Source of the DNA: a virus | IMG/VR virus record: IMGVR_UViG_3300045988_066757 | Coordinates: 1 to 11,589 of that record | Strand: one strand, 5' to 3' | DNA length: 11,589 nt | Shown here: piece after piece, positions 6,146 to 11,589 of the stretch | Position numbering within the stretch: position 1 is the first letter of the stretch | Layout: each line of letters opens with the position of its first letter | Notes under the pieces: generated by a model | Database searches by the model: none | What the model was told of the DNA's origin: nothing | What the model saw: only the letters and a program-made list of their open reading frames with translations | Program-made: the position numbers and the translations under genes

Positions 6146-6174
6146 ATTTGGAAATTTAAAAGTTAATAACACTA

Positions 6175-6206
6175 CAAAGATAACGTATTTATTTCACACT
6201 CACAAT
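6175..6206 (-). promoter_or_regulatory. Bacteroidota-type promoter upstream of the small membrane protein and portal genes
   Basis: Minus-strand sense: ATTG (6206-6203), a 20-nt spacer, then TATCTTTG (6182-6175). The -7 octamer and spacing match the ITR and capsid promoters; the -33 box is one mismatch from TTTG. Confidence 0.5.
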
Positions 6207-7301
6207 GTTAGAACGTGCTGAAGTCATTAAATAATTTCGTACAATTTCCCCAACTTCGTTATTTTGATAAAATACCTTGTCAGTGGCGAAATATCTTGTT
6301 ACTTGTGACTCAATGTAAGTAGCTGTACTTATTAGTTTTCGCTTGTAGTTCGGTTTTCCGTTCATTTCTAGCGAATATATTAAAGCGTTATCGTCTTTTA
6401 TTGGTGTGGTTTTGATGTGGATGTATGTAAAATTTTCGTTTCCTTTTTGTATGATGTTTCCTTGTAAAATTACTTCGTTAAACACAATGTAATAGACAAA
6501 TAAAACATCTTTAGGGGTGTATTTTGTTGGCAAATGTGGATAGGCAGCCAATTCCCATTTACCGCCCGTAATCATCTGTAAATTTTGATTATCGAAACAG
6601 AAATATTTATTACTTGCTTTCTGCTTTACAATCGTACTACAATATTCGACCGCTACCACCGCGCCACCTTGACCGAACTTGTAAATGTCTATCGTTCCTT
6701 GCTCCATGTTGGTTACTTGCTTTAGACCCATTTCGGAAAAGTAGGGGCAATATTTATTTATAGTATTACCGAGCATAAACACCTTTACATTATCCCTTTG
6801 TCGTATTATGGTGCTAAGTAAGTTCATAAATAACATAAATTCATCGGGTAAATAGTACCTACGTGTGAGAAATTCGTCAAAGATTATTGTAGTAACATTC
6901 GGATAACTGCTACTTTTTTCGTGCTCTTGTTCTGACAGACAAAAACCATAACAAAACGGGGTAGTTTGTGGGTAATACTTTTTCTTTTCTGAATCGTACT
7001 TAGCAAGATACCATTTTCCCGAAATGTAAAAGATTGTGTTAAATTCTCCGTTCGTTAACTTTGTTATTTCATCATTCGCAACATGATTTGCAAAAAGGTT
7101 TTCGGCTCTCTTACCGCGTAAATCTTCGCGCCACCTACGGATATATGCCATTTGTTCACCCGTTGAGACATACCTCTTTAAACCATACAAAAGGGCTGCA
7201 TAGGTTTTGCCGTTGGAACGCTCTCCAAATATAATATTATAGTCTGCTTTTTTATTTAGTATCTTTGTGAGCGAATAAAATTTATTTTTTTCTTGTTTCA
7301 T
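6189..7301 (-). CDS. DNA encapsidation (packaging) ATPase, phi29 gp16 type
   Basis: Walker A is FGERSNGKTYA and the Walker B-like block is YPNVTTIIFDEF. Blocks GEQMAYIRRWREDL and RDNVKVFMLGNTINKYCPYF follow the order I remember for gp16-family ATPases. There is no separate small terminase. Confidence 0.9.
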   Translation of the reverse strand: MKQEKNKFYSLTKILNKKADYNIIFGERSNGKTYAALLYGLKRYVSTGEQMAYIRRWREDLRGKRAENLFANHVANDEITKLTNGEFNTIFYISGKWYLAKYDSEKKKYYPQTTPFCYGFCLSEQEHEKSSSYPNVTTIIFDEFLTRRYYLPDEFMLFMNLLSTIIRQRDNVKVFMLGNTINKYCPYFSEMGLKQVTNMEQGTIDIYKFGQGGAVVAVEYCSTIVKQKASNKYFCFDNQNLQMITGGKWELAAYPHLPTKYTPKDVLFVYYIVFNEVILQGNIIQKGNENFTYIHIKTTPIKDDNALIYSLEMNGKPNYKRKLISTATYIESQVTRYFATDKVFYQNNEVGEIVRNYLMTSARSNIVSVK

Positions 7302-7305
7302 TTCT

Positions 7306-7339
7306 GTTTTGTTTTAAGTGTTCCACGTGGAACGGGTTA
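7306..7339 (-). promoter_or_regulatory. Conserved upstream element, copy 1, containing the perfect palindrome GTTCCACGTGGAAC (7320-7333)
   Basis: Minus-strand sense: TAACCCGTTCCACG-TG-GAACACTTAAAACAAAAC, ending 4 nt before the ATPase ATG. It shares two identical 14-nt blocks with 10943-10977. Confidence 0.5.
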
Positions 7340-7341
7340 AT

Positions 7342-9528
7342 TTAATCTTTTAATTTTATACCTCTCAAATAGTTTAAATACATAATACTTAGTGATAGGT
7401 TGTAATTCGTTGGCTCGAGATGAACACCGCTATTTTCAACAAAGTTACTTTTATTTCCTAAATAGTCGGTAATTACTCCTTGTATTTTATAATCTATGTA
7501 TGTGTGTATGTTTTTGCCCGTGGCTTCGTTTGGAATTTCTAGGTAATTAGTGAAAGCGTTAAAAATGTCGTCCCCGTACTTTTTAACTAGGTAGGGAATG
7601 GCGGTTTTTTTATTTACCCCACTAATTGTAAGGCTATATTTATAACTTTGCCCGTCTACCTTTAGTGCGTTTTCTTCTTCTACCATGTAGCGTTTTGCTC
7701 CCAATGTTTTAAAGTGTGTGTAAACACCCTCAAAATCCCACACACCGAGCACCTTTGTAACTCCTTTAATAGTTTCGGGTTCGCACTTTTCAAAAGAAAT
7801 ATTGTGATATTTACATGCTGCTTTCAATTTGTTATATACTACATTGTTGTATGTGTCAAAATACTTTTTGTGCTTATCAGCGTTTTTTAGTTTTATGCTA
7901 TCCGTATCGCTGTAAATGTAATCATCTTTCGCTTCATAAATAGCGGTGAATAAATTTCTCCTAGCGTAAGCCGTAACGAAAACCCCCCACGGATAGAACA
8001 AAAATCGGTTTTTGCTATCATTGTATTTTTGTAACATTTCCGCTTTTTCTCTATCGGTTAACGTGTTAGTATCCCATTTGCCGTTATATGTAAATTCGTC
8101 ACGGAGTGGGTTTGTAACACACATTCCATAGCAAGAATTAAGCATTTCTTTACTATTCAAATATTCTACTTCTTTCCCTTGCACGCCCTTTAATTTGGTT
8201 TTGCTTTCGTATAGGTCTAGAATGGTATTTATAAATTCGGTGGGCAAATAATCTGCTTTGTAAATGTACATTGTGCCAATTCTGATTTTACCCCACTTGT
8301 AGAACATTTTTATAACGTTGTAATCTATATTTGTTAAGGTGGTGCAAATCTTTTCAGCACACACCACACGCCCGTTGTTTTCTACTACTTCTTTTTTCAA
8401 AAAGCACTTACTTACGCTTATTGGATTATCTTGCAATTCACTTGCAAAAATATCGGTAAATTCTACGTCAAAAATGCAAAGGTAGTTTTTTATATAGTAC
8501 TCAAATTCTCGCATATTTCGGGGGTTTACTTTTACGCCCTTACTCATTGGGAATTTTTCAGATATCATAACATATGGGTAGCTGCTTGTAAAATCGTAGC
8601 TAGATATGTTTGTACAAATTTTGTCCACGTGGTTTGCATTCGCATGTGTGAACCCACCACTAAAAGCACGTTGCAACATGTTAAATTCATGTAGCCCGTT
8701 TATGTTTAGAGAGTGAATTAAATTTATACATTCCCAATTACGAATACTTTTGCCGTTTATATTCTTTTGGAGCATATTTTTACGGCAATGTTTACGTACA
8801 AAACCCGTTTTAGTGAGTGGTAGCCGTGTAATGAATTTGTATTGTTCTAGTTGTTCCTGTATGTAGTTCATAACCACGCGAATATCGTTCACACAGTACA
8901 TCAATTCTTTTGTGCTTAGTGGTGTTTTTGAGTGTCTTAAAAGTGTGTAGTCTAAATCTCCAACTAATTTAGCGCACTTGTACTTCTGTAGTTGTTCCCC
9001 CAATTTGGCAAGGTTGTAACCGCTTAACAAGTAACTACAACGAAACTCTATACCGTCTTTTGTTATTGCGTAAATGGGTTTTCTTAAATCAATACTAAAA
9101 ACTTTTTCCCACTCAAACAAAGTGCGTATAAATTGAAATTCGTATGATAAATTGTGAATGTAAATTATTATTCTTTTATCTTTATTTAGGCTTAATTTGC
9201 GGACTATTACAGAGCACATTTTTATAAACTCATCCCACGTACGACCTACAATTATATACCCGTTTATTCCGAATTGCCACACGTACATAGTACTACACTT
9301 TTCCAATTTTGTACCTAGTTTTGCGTATTGTTCGTAGTTGTACGTGCTGCCATCCTTACCACGATAAAAAGATGTTGTTTCAATATCGAATGCGCATGGG
9401 ATGTTATAGAATTTAGTTCCCTTGTTATTGCCTATTACATTTTTATCATTTACAGCATTATCTAGTACTTCTTCTATGTCTGTAGAATTGTAAATATTAT
9501 TTCGTTGTTCATATTGAATTTTTTTCAT
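7342..9528 (-). CDS. Protein-primed family-B DNA polymerase
   Basis: ExoI is AFDIETTS, ExoII is IHNLSYEFQF and ExoIII is YCVNDIRV. Motif A is SYDFTSSYP (Dx2SLYP), motif B is KEMLNSCYG (Kx3NSxYG), motif C is YSDTDS, and the KxY motif is GAKRY. At 728 aa there is room for TPR1/TPR2-type insertions. Confidence 0.95.
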   Translation of the reverse strand: MKKIQYEQRNNIYNSTDIEEVLDNAVNDKNVIGNNKGTKFYNIPCAFDIETTSFYRGKDGSTYNYEQYAKLGTKLEKCSTMYVWQFGINGYIIVGRTWDEFIKMCSVIVRKLSLNKDKRIIIYIHNLSYEFQFIRTLFEWEKVFSIDLRKPIYAITKDGIEFRCSYLLSGYNLAKLGEQLQKYKCAKLVGDLDYTLLRHSKTPLSTKELMYCVNDIRVVMNYIQEQLEQYKFITRLPLTKTGFVRKHCRKNMLQKNINGKSIRNWECINLIHSLNINGLHEFNMLQRAFSGGFTHANANHVDKICTNISSYDFTSSYPYVMISEKFPMSKGVKVNPRNMREFEYYIKNYLCIFDVEFTDIFASELQDNPISVSKCFLKKEVVENNGRVVCAEKICTTLTNIDYNVIKMFYKWGKIRIGTMYIYKADYLPTEFINTILDLYESKTKLKGVQGKEVEYLNSKEMLNSCYGMCVTNPLRDEFTYNGKWDTNTLTDREKAEMLQKYNDSKNRFLFYPWGVFVTAYARRNLFTAIYEAKDDYIYSDTDSIKLKNADKHKKYFDTYNNVVYNKLKAACKYHNISFEKCEPETIKGVTKVLGVWDFEGVYTHFKTLGAKRYMVEEENALKVDGQSYKYSLTISGVNKKTAIPYLVKKYGDDIFNAFTNYLEIPNEATGKNIHTYIDYKIQGVITDYLGNKSNFVENSGVHLEPTNYNLSLSIMYLNYLRGIKLKD

Positions 9529-10172
9529 AAGCCGAATTTACCTAACGCACTTAGTAGGTCATTTACTAGTCCTTTTATTTCGTTTTCTGCTTTGTTAACT
9601 GTTTCGTTAGCCTTGTTTTCTATATCCCGTTGTAACGCGTTTTCAAGGCTTACCGCATCGCTTTCTATTTGGCTACTAACATCTGCCGCTTCGCTCTCTA
9701 ATTCACCGGTAAAATCTTTGTAGCGCATTAAATACTTTTCTACAAAATCGCTATCGGAAATACTTTGCAACTTGTCGTTAATCTTATCCGACATCAAATT
9801 AAATTCTTCGTCGGTAAGCTCGTACGCTCTTTTTATATGTTCATTATATTGCAGAGTGCCTCTAGCAGTGCTTGTTGGTTGCCTTAAAAAGGCTATTGCT
9901 TTCGCGTATTCACGTTTTAATTCTTCCCAAGATAATTCACCTACTGCAAACTTACTGAATCCATCTATATTGCCTCTATTTAATGCCTTAACCGCGGGGC
10001 TTAAAAGTCCTGCGCTTTCTATGTTTTCTATTCGTCTGTTTGCTTGATGAAAAACCCTCCTTATTTCTTTACGTAGTTCGGGGTTACTTTCAGTGGCTGA
10101 AATAATTTCTTTTTTTAGTTTTTCCCTTTCTGTGGATGAGAAAACAGATTTAGTGAATGCAATTTTTGGCAT
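9525..10172 (-). CDS. Candidate terminal protein (priming protein), 215 aa
   Basis: Lies immediately upstream of the protein-primed polymerase and overlaps it (ATGA at 9525-9528), as TP genes do in phi29-like phages. It has a basic helical N-terminal part and a Ser/Asp/Glu-rich C-terminal part. The function is inferred from position and composition only. Confidence 0.75.
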   Translation of the reverse strand: MPKIAFTKSVFSSTEREKLKKEIISATESNPELRKEIRRVFHQANRRIENIESAGLLSPAVKALNRGNIDGFSKFAVGELSWEELKREYAKAIAFLRQPTSTARGTLQYNEHIKRAYELTDEEFNLMSDKINDKLQSISDSDFVEKYLMRYKDFTGELESEAADVSSQIESDAVSLENALQRDIENKANETVNKAENEIKGLVNDLLSALGKFGL

Positions 10173-10178
10173 AGTATT

Positions 10179-10210
10179 AAAATTAAAAGGGAGGGAGAAA
10201 ACCCCCTCCC
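10179..10210 (-). terminator. Rho-independent terminator (minus strand) after the 117-aa gene
   Basis: Minus-strand sense: GGGAGGG (10210-10204), loop GGTTTTCT, CCCTCCC (10195-10189), then TTTTAATTTT. The GC-only stem stands out in an AT-rich genome, and there is no T-run on the plus strand. Confidence 0.7.
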
Positions 10211-10218
10211 GATGTTAT

Positions 10219-10572
10219 TTACTTATCTTTGAAAGTGATTGTGTAACAATCTTTACCGTGGCTCTCGTACTTTCGTACGATAAAACCTACTTTAGACATA
10301 CGGATAGCTTCTACGGCTTCCGCGTCTTTTACAATGTCGTTAAATACCTTTGTAAGGTTTAAAGGCATGTCTACGCGCTTTTTAAAGGACTTCATTACAA
10401 CTACCACCTTAACGCCAAATTTACCGCGCGTAAAGTAAAAGCCATCTAAAGAATGTACCTTATTTCCGTCTTGGTTGTACAACTCTTTAAGAGTGGTAAA
10501 GGTGTATCCGTCAAAATTGAAAATGAATGGGTTCTCGTTTCCCGGGTTGTACTTTTGTGAAAAACTTGTCAT
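10219..10572 (-). CDS. Hypothetical 117-aa early protein; candidate single-stranded DNA-binding protein
   Basis: ATG ORF in the replication module, upstream of the TP and polymerase genes and followed by a strong terminator. Its beta-rich pattern and size are reminiscent of phi29 p5-type SSBs (weak, from memory). Confidence 0.8.
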   Translation of the reverse strand: MTSFSQKYNPGNENPFIFNFDGYTFTTLKELYNQDGNKVHSLDGFYFTRGKFGVKVVVVMKSFKKRVDMPLNLTKVFNDIVKDAEAVEAIRMSKVGFIVRKYESHGKDCYTITFKDK

Positions 10573-10583
10573 AACTTAAATTT

Positions 10584-10757
10584 TTATTTAATATTGGTGA
10601 TGTGTTCATTACCTAGTGAAATAAGGTAATTTCTAAACTTAGAGATTTTAAGAAGTGTGCGAGTATTCGCACTTACTTCGGGGGTAGTCATAAGTTGACC
10701 GAGTGACGCGCAAGCGGTAAAAATTGCGTCATCAAATTGGTTTTGTTCGTTGTTCAT
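10584..10757 (-). CDS. Small hypothetical protein, 57 aa (absent from the supplied ORF track)
   Basis: Hand translation: MNNEQNQFDDAIFTACASLGQLMTTPEVSANTRTLLKISKFRNYLISLGNEHITNIK, stop TAA at 10584-10586. Its ATG overlaps the TGA of the upstream 61-aa gene (ATGA at 10754-10757). It fills an otherwise empty 180-nt gap in a tightly packed genome. Confidence 0.5.
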   Translation of the reverse strand: MNNEQNQFDDAIFTACASLGQLMTTPEVSANTRTLLKISKFRNYLISLGNEHITNIK

Positions 10758-10939
10758 TTCTTAGGGTATTTGAATAAATTAGTGTGTTTAATAAAAGTGG
10801 TGTCTGTTGTTACTATGGTCGCTTTGCCGTTTATTTCTGTATCGTGATACATCTTGCACGAAGTTACACAAAACAAAGCACACAAAAGACAAAAGTACAA
10901 AATAGTACCTGCTAAGCACTTTAAAAATGTTTTTTTCAT
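10754..10939 (-). CDS. Small predicted lipoprotein / secreted membrane-anchored peptide, 61 aa
   Basis: N-terminus MKKTFLKCLAGTILYFCLLCALFCVTSC has a basic start, a hydrophobic core and a Ser-Cys lipobox-like end. The mature part would be about 33 aa. It is the first gene after the right ITR. Confidence 0.7.
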   Translation of the reverse strand: MKKTFLKCLAGTILYFCLLCALFCVTSCKMYHDTEINGKATIVTTDTTFIKHTNLFKYPKK

Positions 10940-10942
10940 TAC

Positions 10943-10977
10943 GTTTTGTTTTAAGTATTCAAACGTGGAACGGGTTA
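10943..10977 (-). promoter_or_regulatory. Conserved upstream element, copy 2, straddling the inner ITR boundary
   Basis: Minus-strand sense: TAACCCGTTCCACG-TTT-GAATACTTAAAACAAAAC, ending 3 nt before the ATG at 10939. The 14-nt blocks GTTTTGTTTTAAGT and CGTGGAACGGGTTA (plus strand) are identical to those in copy 1. Confidence 0.5.
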
Positions 10978-10982
10978 TTTTA

Positions 10983-11276
10983 TTAAAATTCTTTCGGGTT
11001 CTCTTTAATATATTCTCGAAAAGCGTCTAGATTACCGCTGTCAAGAATGAAAAAATATGCTTGATTTTTTAACCACATTTCTTTTTTGTGAGCGATTTCT
11101 AGGGCTTCACGTCCATCTGCTTCACATCGCAGTAGAACATCGATGTTTTCTAATGTTTCGTGAATATCTTTAAGCAAAGACGTATCATTACCACGTAACT
11201 CTGAAATCGCGTAACTTAGATTATCATTTGTTTGTGCTAGTAATCTTGACGTTTCGCGTAAAAAAGATTTCTTCAT
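10983..11276 (-). CDS. Hypothetical 97-aa protein encoded inside the ITR (right copy)
   Basis: Identical translation to 314-607 (+). Unlike the left copy, no terminator follows it before the downstream genes. Confidence 0.8.
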   Translation of the reverse strand: MKKSFLRETSRLLAQTNDNLSYAISELRGNDTSLLKDIHETLENIDVLLRCEADGREALEIAHKKEMWLKNQAYFFILDSGNLDAFREYIKENPKEF

Positions 11277-11315
11277 TTTGTTTGTTGTTTAAATTGTTGT
11301 TTTAATTTGATAGTG

Positions 11316-11347
11316 CAAAGATAGACACTTTTACGAGTGATAGCAAA
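11316..11347 (-). promoter_or_regulatory. Bacteroidota-type promoter (right ITR copy); likely the main rightmost promoter of the minus-strand gene array
   Basis: Mirror image of 243-274 (TTTG, 20 nt, TATCTTTG). Confidence 0.6.
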
Positions 11348-11390
11348 TTTTTTTGTACTAATAAATCTTAAAATAAAAAATCTTTTTTCT

Positions 11391-11527
11391 TTATGCAAAA
11401 AGCGTGCCAAATAAGGCGAGTTTCAAAAACATTTGAGGTATGCAAATAGCGTGCCAAAGTTGGCGAGAGAGATTTTTTCTGCCGTGCCTTTCGAGTGGCA
11501 TTGCACCTACCAAAAAGCGTGCCAAAG
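11391..11527 (-). promoter_or_regulatory. Three sigma-54 -24/-12-like / iteron motif copies (right ITR)
   Basis: Mirror image of 63-199. The individual elements lie at 11510-11524, 11441-11456 and 11394-11409, all pointing inward (leftward). Confidence 0.5.
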
Positions 11528-11589
11528 TGTGTTGGCTAGTGTTAAATCTGTGTTGGGAAATGTTAAAAAAGAGGTCGCTATGCATATTT

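Larger units (their letters stand above)
1..11589. mobile_element. Complete linear phage genome of the phi29-like / protein-primed podovirus type, bounded by inverted terminal repeats
   Basis: The window starts and ends exactly at a 617-bp inverted repeat. The interior encodes a protein-primed PolB, a gp16-type packaging ATPase, a connector, a capsid protein, tail proteins and an endolysin, with almost no intergenic space. No integrase, transposase or flanking host genes are present. Confidence 0.8.
10973..11589 (-). repeat. Right inverted terminal repeat (ITR), 617 bp
   Basis: Reverse complement of 1-617; see left ITR. Confidence 0.95.

Noticed and set aside
6146-6172. GTG-initiated N-terminal extension (MLLTFKFPN) of the small membrane protein
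   Set aside because: The GTG is only 3 nt downstream of the predicted -7 box (6175-6182) and is therefore probably upstream of or at the transcription start. The in-frame ATG at 6145 is the likelier start.
3181-7301. Tectivirus-like interpretation (ITRs plus pPolB with a double-jelly-roll capsid and an FtsK-type ATPase)
   Set aside because: The ATPase shows gp16-type blocks, and the neighbouring gene looks like a gp10-type connector. The gene order ATPase - portal - scaffold position - capsid - tail is that of tailed phages.
9525-9528. Alternative genetic code (Mycoplasma phage P1 is similar in size and layout)
   Set aside because: TGA is used as a clean stop at gene ends (9525-9527, 10754-10756, 4921-4923), and all long ORFs are intact under the standard code. 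There is no sign of TGA-as-Trp.
2689-10362. Nested or antisense ORFs: 2689-2883, 2691-2879, 3551-3760, 4015-4272, 4462-4746, 5327-5653, 8431-8694, 9505-9723, 9772-10047 and 10093-10362 on the plus strand, and 3360-3542 on the minus strand
   Set aside because: Each lies entirely inside a longer, motif-supported minus-strand gene, either antisense or out of frame. Their sequences are hydrophobic or low-complexity, as is typical of shadow ORFs in AT-rich DNA, and none has promoter-like signals upstream.
10416-10423. Additional TAnnTTTG-like boxes on the minus strand (TAAATTTG at 10416-10423; TACTTTTG at 4800-4807)
   Set aside because: Neither has a TTTG-like -33 box at 19-21 nt. Both lie in the middle of genes with no downstream start codon to serve, so they are expected chance matches in AT-rich DNA.
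1-11589. The ITR-bounded element considered as a transposon, casposon, pipolin or polinton-like self-synthesising element
   Set aside because: It has no transposase, integrase or Cas1, and no target-site duplication or host flanks are visible. It does encode a connector, a gp16-type packaging ATPase, capsid and tail proteins and an endolysin, which indicates a bona fide virion-forming phage.

Overview
The window appears to be a complete linear dsDNA phage genome. Positions 1-617 are the reverse complement of 10973-11589, giving 617-bp inverted terminal repeats (ITRs) that start exactly at both window edges. Between them lies a compact gene set, all on the minus strand, of the phi29 / protein-primed podovirus type. 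In transcription order (right to left) it reads:
- a 61-aa lipoprotein-like early gene
- a 57-aa ORF missing from the supplied track
- a 117-aa SSB-like gene followed by a strong terminator
- a candidate terminal protein that overlaps the polymerase start
- a protein-primed family-B DNA polymerase with every Exo and Pol motif readable
- a phi29 gp16-type encapsidation ATPase
- a small single-TM protein
- a gp10-type connector/portal ending in a (TE)14 acidic tail encoded by a hexanucleotide tandem repeat
- a protein in the scaffold position
- the major capsid protein
- two translationally coupled tail genes
- an Amidase_2 (T7-lysozyme/PGRP-type) endolysin

Each ITR carries a full promoter plus a 97-aa gene, so that gene is present twice. 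Each ITR also carries three inward-pointing copies of a motif that matches the sigma-54 -24/-12 consensus (TGGCAC-N5-TTGC). Four promoters share the identical -7 octamer TATCTTTG with a TTTG/ATTG box exactly 20 nt upstream. Together with the absence of Shine-Dalgarno sequences and the A-rich leaders, this points to a Bacteroidota host, which would be unusual for a phi29-like phage. A 34/35-nt conserved element, one copy containing a perfect 14-bp palindrome, sits directly upstream of two gene starts. No tRNA, rRNA, CRISPR array, integrase or transposase was seen. Family assignments rest on motifs read by eye and on remembered family signatures; no database search was possible.
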